Shown here: positions 23,611 to 24,000 of the stretch, piece by piece
How the letters are laid out: every line of letters starts with the position of its first letter
Position numbering within the stretch: the stretch's first letter is position 1
Source of the DNA: Kribbella orskensis
GTDB lineage: Bacteria > Actinomycetota > Actinomycetes > Propionibacteriales > Kribbellaceae
Direction: 5' to 3'
Length of the DNA stretch: 24,000 nt
Assembly (NCBI RefSeq): GCF_004342085.1
Contig: NZ_SLWM01000034.1
Coordinates: forward strand, 1 to 24,000
Translations under genes and position numbers: made by a program
The notes under the pieces: model-generated
The model's database searches: none
Told to the model about the DNA's origin: nothing
Seen by the model: the letters and a program-made list of their open reading frames with translations, nothing else

Positions 23611-24000
23611 TCAGATGCCGAGGTACTCGAGCAGCTCGTGCTCGCGTTCCTTGACCTCGGCGTTGTCCAGCGTCTGCGCGACCCGGCCTTGGGCGAGCAG
23701 GTAGTGGCGGTCGGCAACGGTCGAGGCGAACCGGACGTTCTGCTCGACGAGCAGCACCGTCACCCCCGACGCCTTGACTTCGCGCAGGATGTCTCCGATC
23801 TGGCGCACCAGCACCGGGGAGAGACCTTCCGTCGGCTCGTCGCACAGGAGTAGGCGCGCGCCCATCCGCAGTACGCGGGCAATGGCGAGCATCTGCTGCT
23901 CACCGCCGGACAGCTTGGTGCCGGGGAACCTGCGCCGTTCCTTCAACACCGGGAACGACTCGTAGACGCGGTCCATCGTCCAGGCGCTGTCGCCGACTCC
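23611..24000 (-). CDS. livF: ABC transporter ATP-binding protein (LivF-like), 3' part only; the gene continues beyond the window edge
   Basis: ABC signature LSGGEQQMLAIARVL, Walker B LLLCDEPTEGL, and H-loop region VLLVEQN. The reading frame is open to position 24000. Confidence 0.9.
   Translation of the reverse strand, partial: GVGDSAWTMDRVYESFPVLKERRRFPGTKLSGGEQQMLAIARVLRMGARLLLCDEPTEGLSPVLVRQIGDILREVKASGVTVLLVEQNVRFASTVADRHYLLAQGRVAQTLDNAEVKEREHELLEYLGI

Noticed and set aside
22462-23853. 463-aa plus-strand ORF
   Set aside because: It is the antisense shadow of the substrate-binding lipoprotein and livF-like genes. It has a Val/Arg/Gly/Leu-rich low-complexity translation and no motifs, whereas the minus-strand products are recognisable.
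1-24000. Scan for CRISPR arrays, rRNA, tRNA and long direct or tandem DNA repeats
   Set aside because: Reading by eye found no regularly spaced repeats, no tRNA-like cloverleaf signatures and no rRNA-like segments. A computational repeat, tRNAscan or Infernal scan would be needed to exclude small or degenerate elements.

Overview
High-GC actinobacterial chromosomal window (genus not determinable from sequence) in two parts.

**Accessory island, about 1-16 kb.** This is a mosaic, defence-type region containing:
- An XRE-HTH/helical-repeat regulator tightly linked to a RibD-type deaminase paralogue with a degenerate reductase half. It is followed by an XRE paralogue whose HTH has been deleted and a small internally duplicated protein.
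- A NaeI-type type II restriction-modification module: C5 cytosine methyltransferase, Vsr and a NaeI-family endonuclease. The methylase has a clear promoter and a palindromic operator candidate.
- A decayed ISL3 insertion-sequence remnant that keeps one terminal inverted repeat.
- An uncharacterised, translationally coupled three-gene operon on the minus strand (10917 to 7981): a wHTH-like 199-aa protein, a 651-aa protein with ParB/Srx-like motifs, and a small GIY-YIG-like protein. I could not place it in any named system, and it is my best candidate for an undescribed defence system.
- An HNH nuclease gene inactivated at its catalytic histidine.
- A DUF2075-type PD-(D/E)xK plus P-loop NTPase, divergent from a MazG-like NTP pyrophosphohydrolase.
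- A WYL-domain regulator with strikingly aberrant G-ending/TTG codon usage and G-quadruplex motifs.

**Ordinary metabolism, about 16-24 kb.** This part encodes 3-hydroxybutyrate dehydrogenase-like SDR, a GAF-PucR regulator, a small alpha/beta hydrolase, an ornithine cyclodeaminase-family enzyme and a Liv-type ABC transporter (LivF partial, binding lipoprotein, LivH, LivM).

No rRNA, tRNA or CRISPR array was seen. All functional calls rest on motifs read by eye from the translations. No database search was run.
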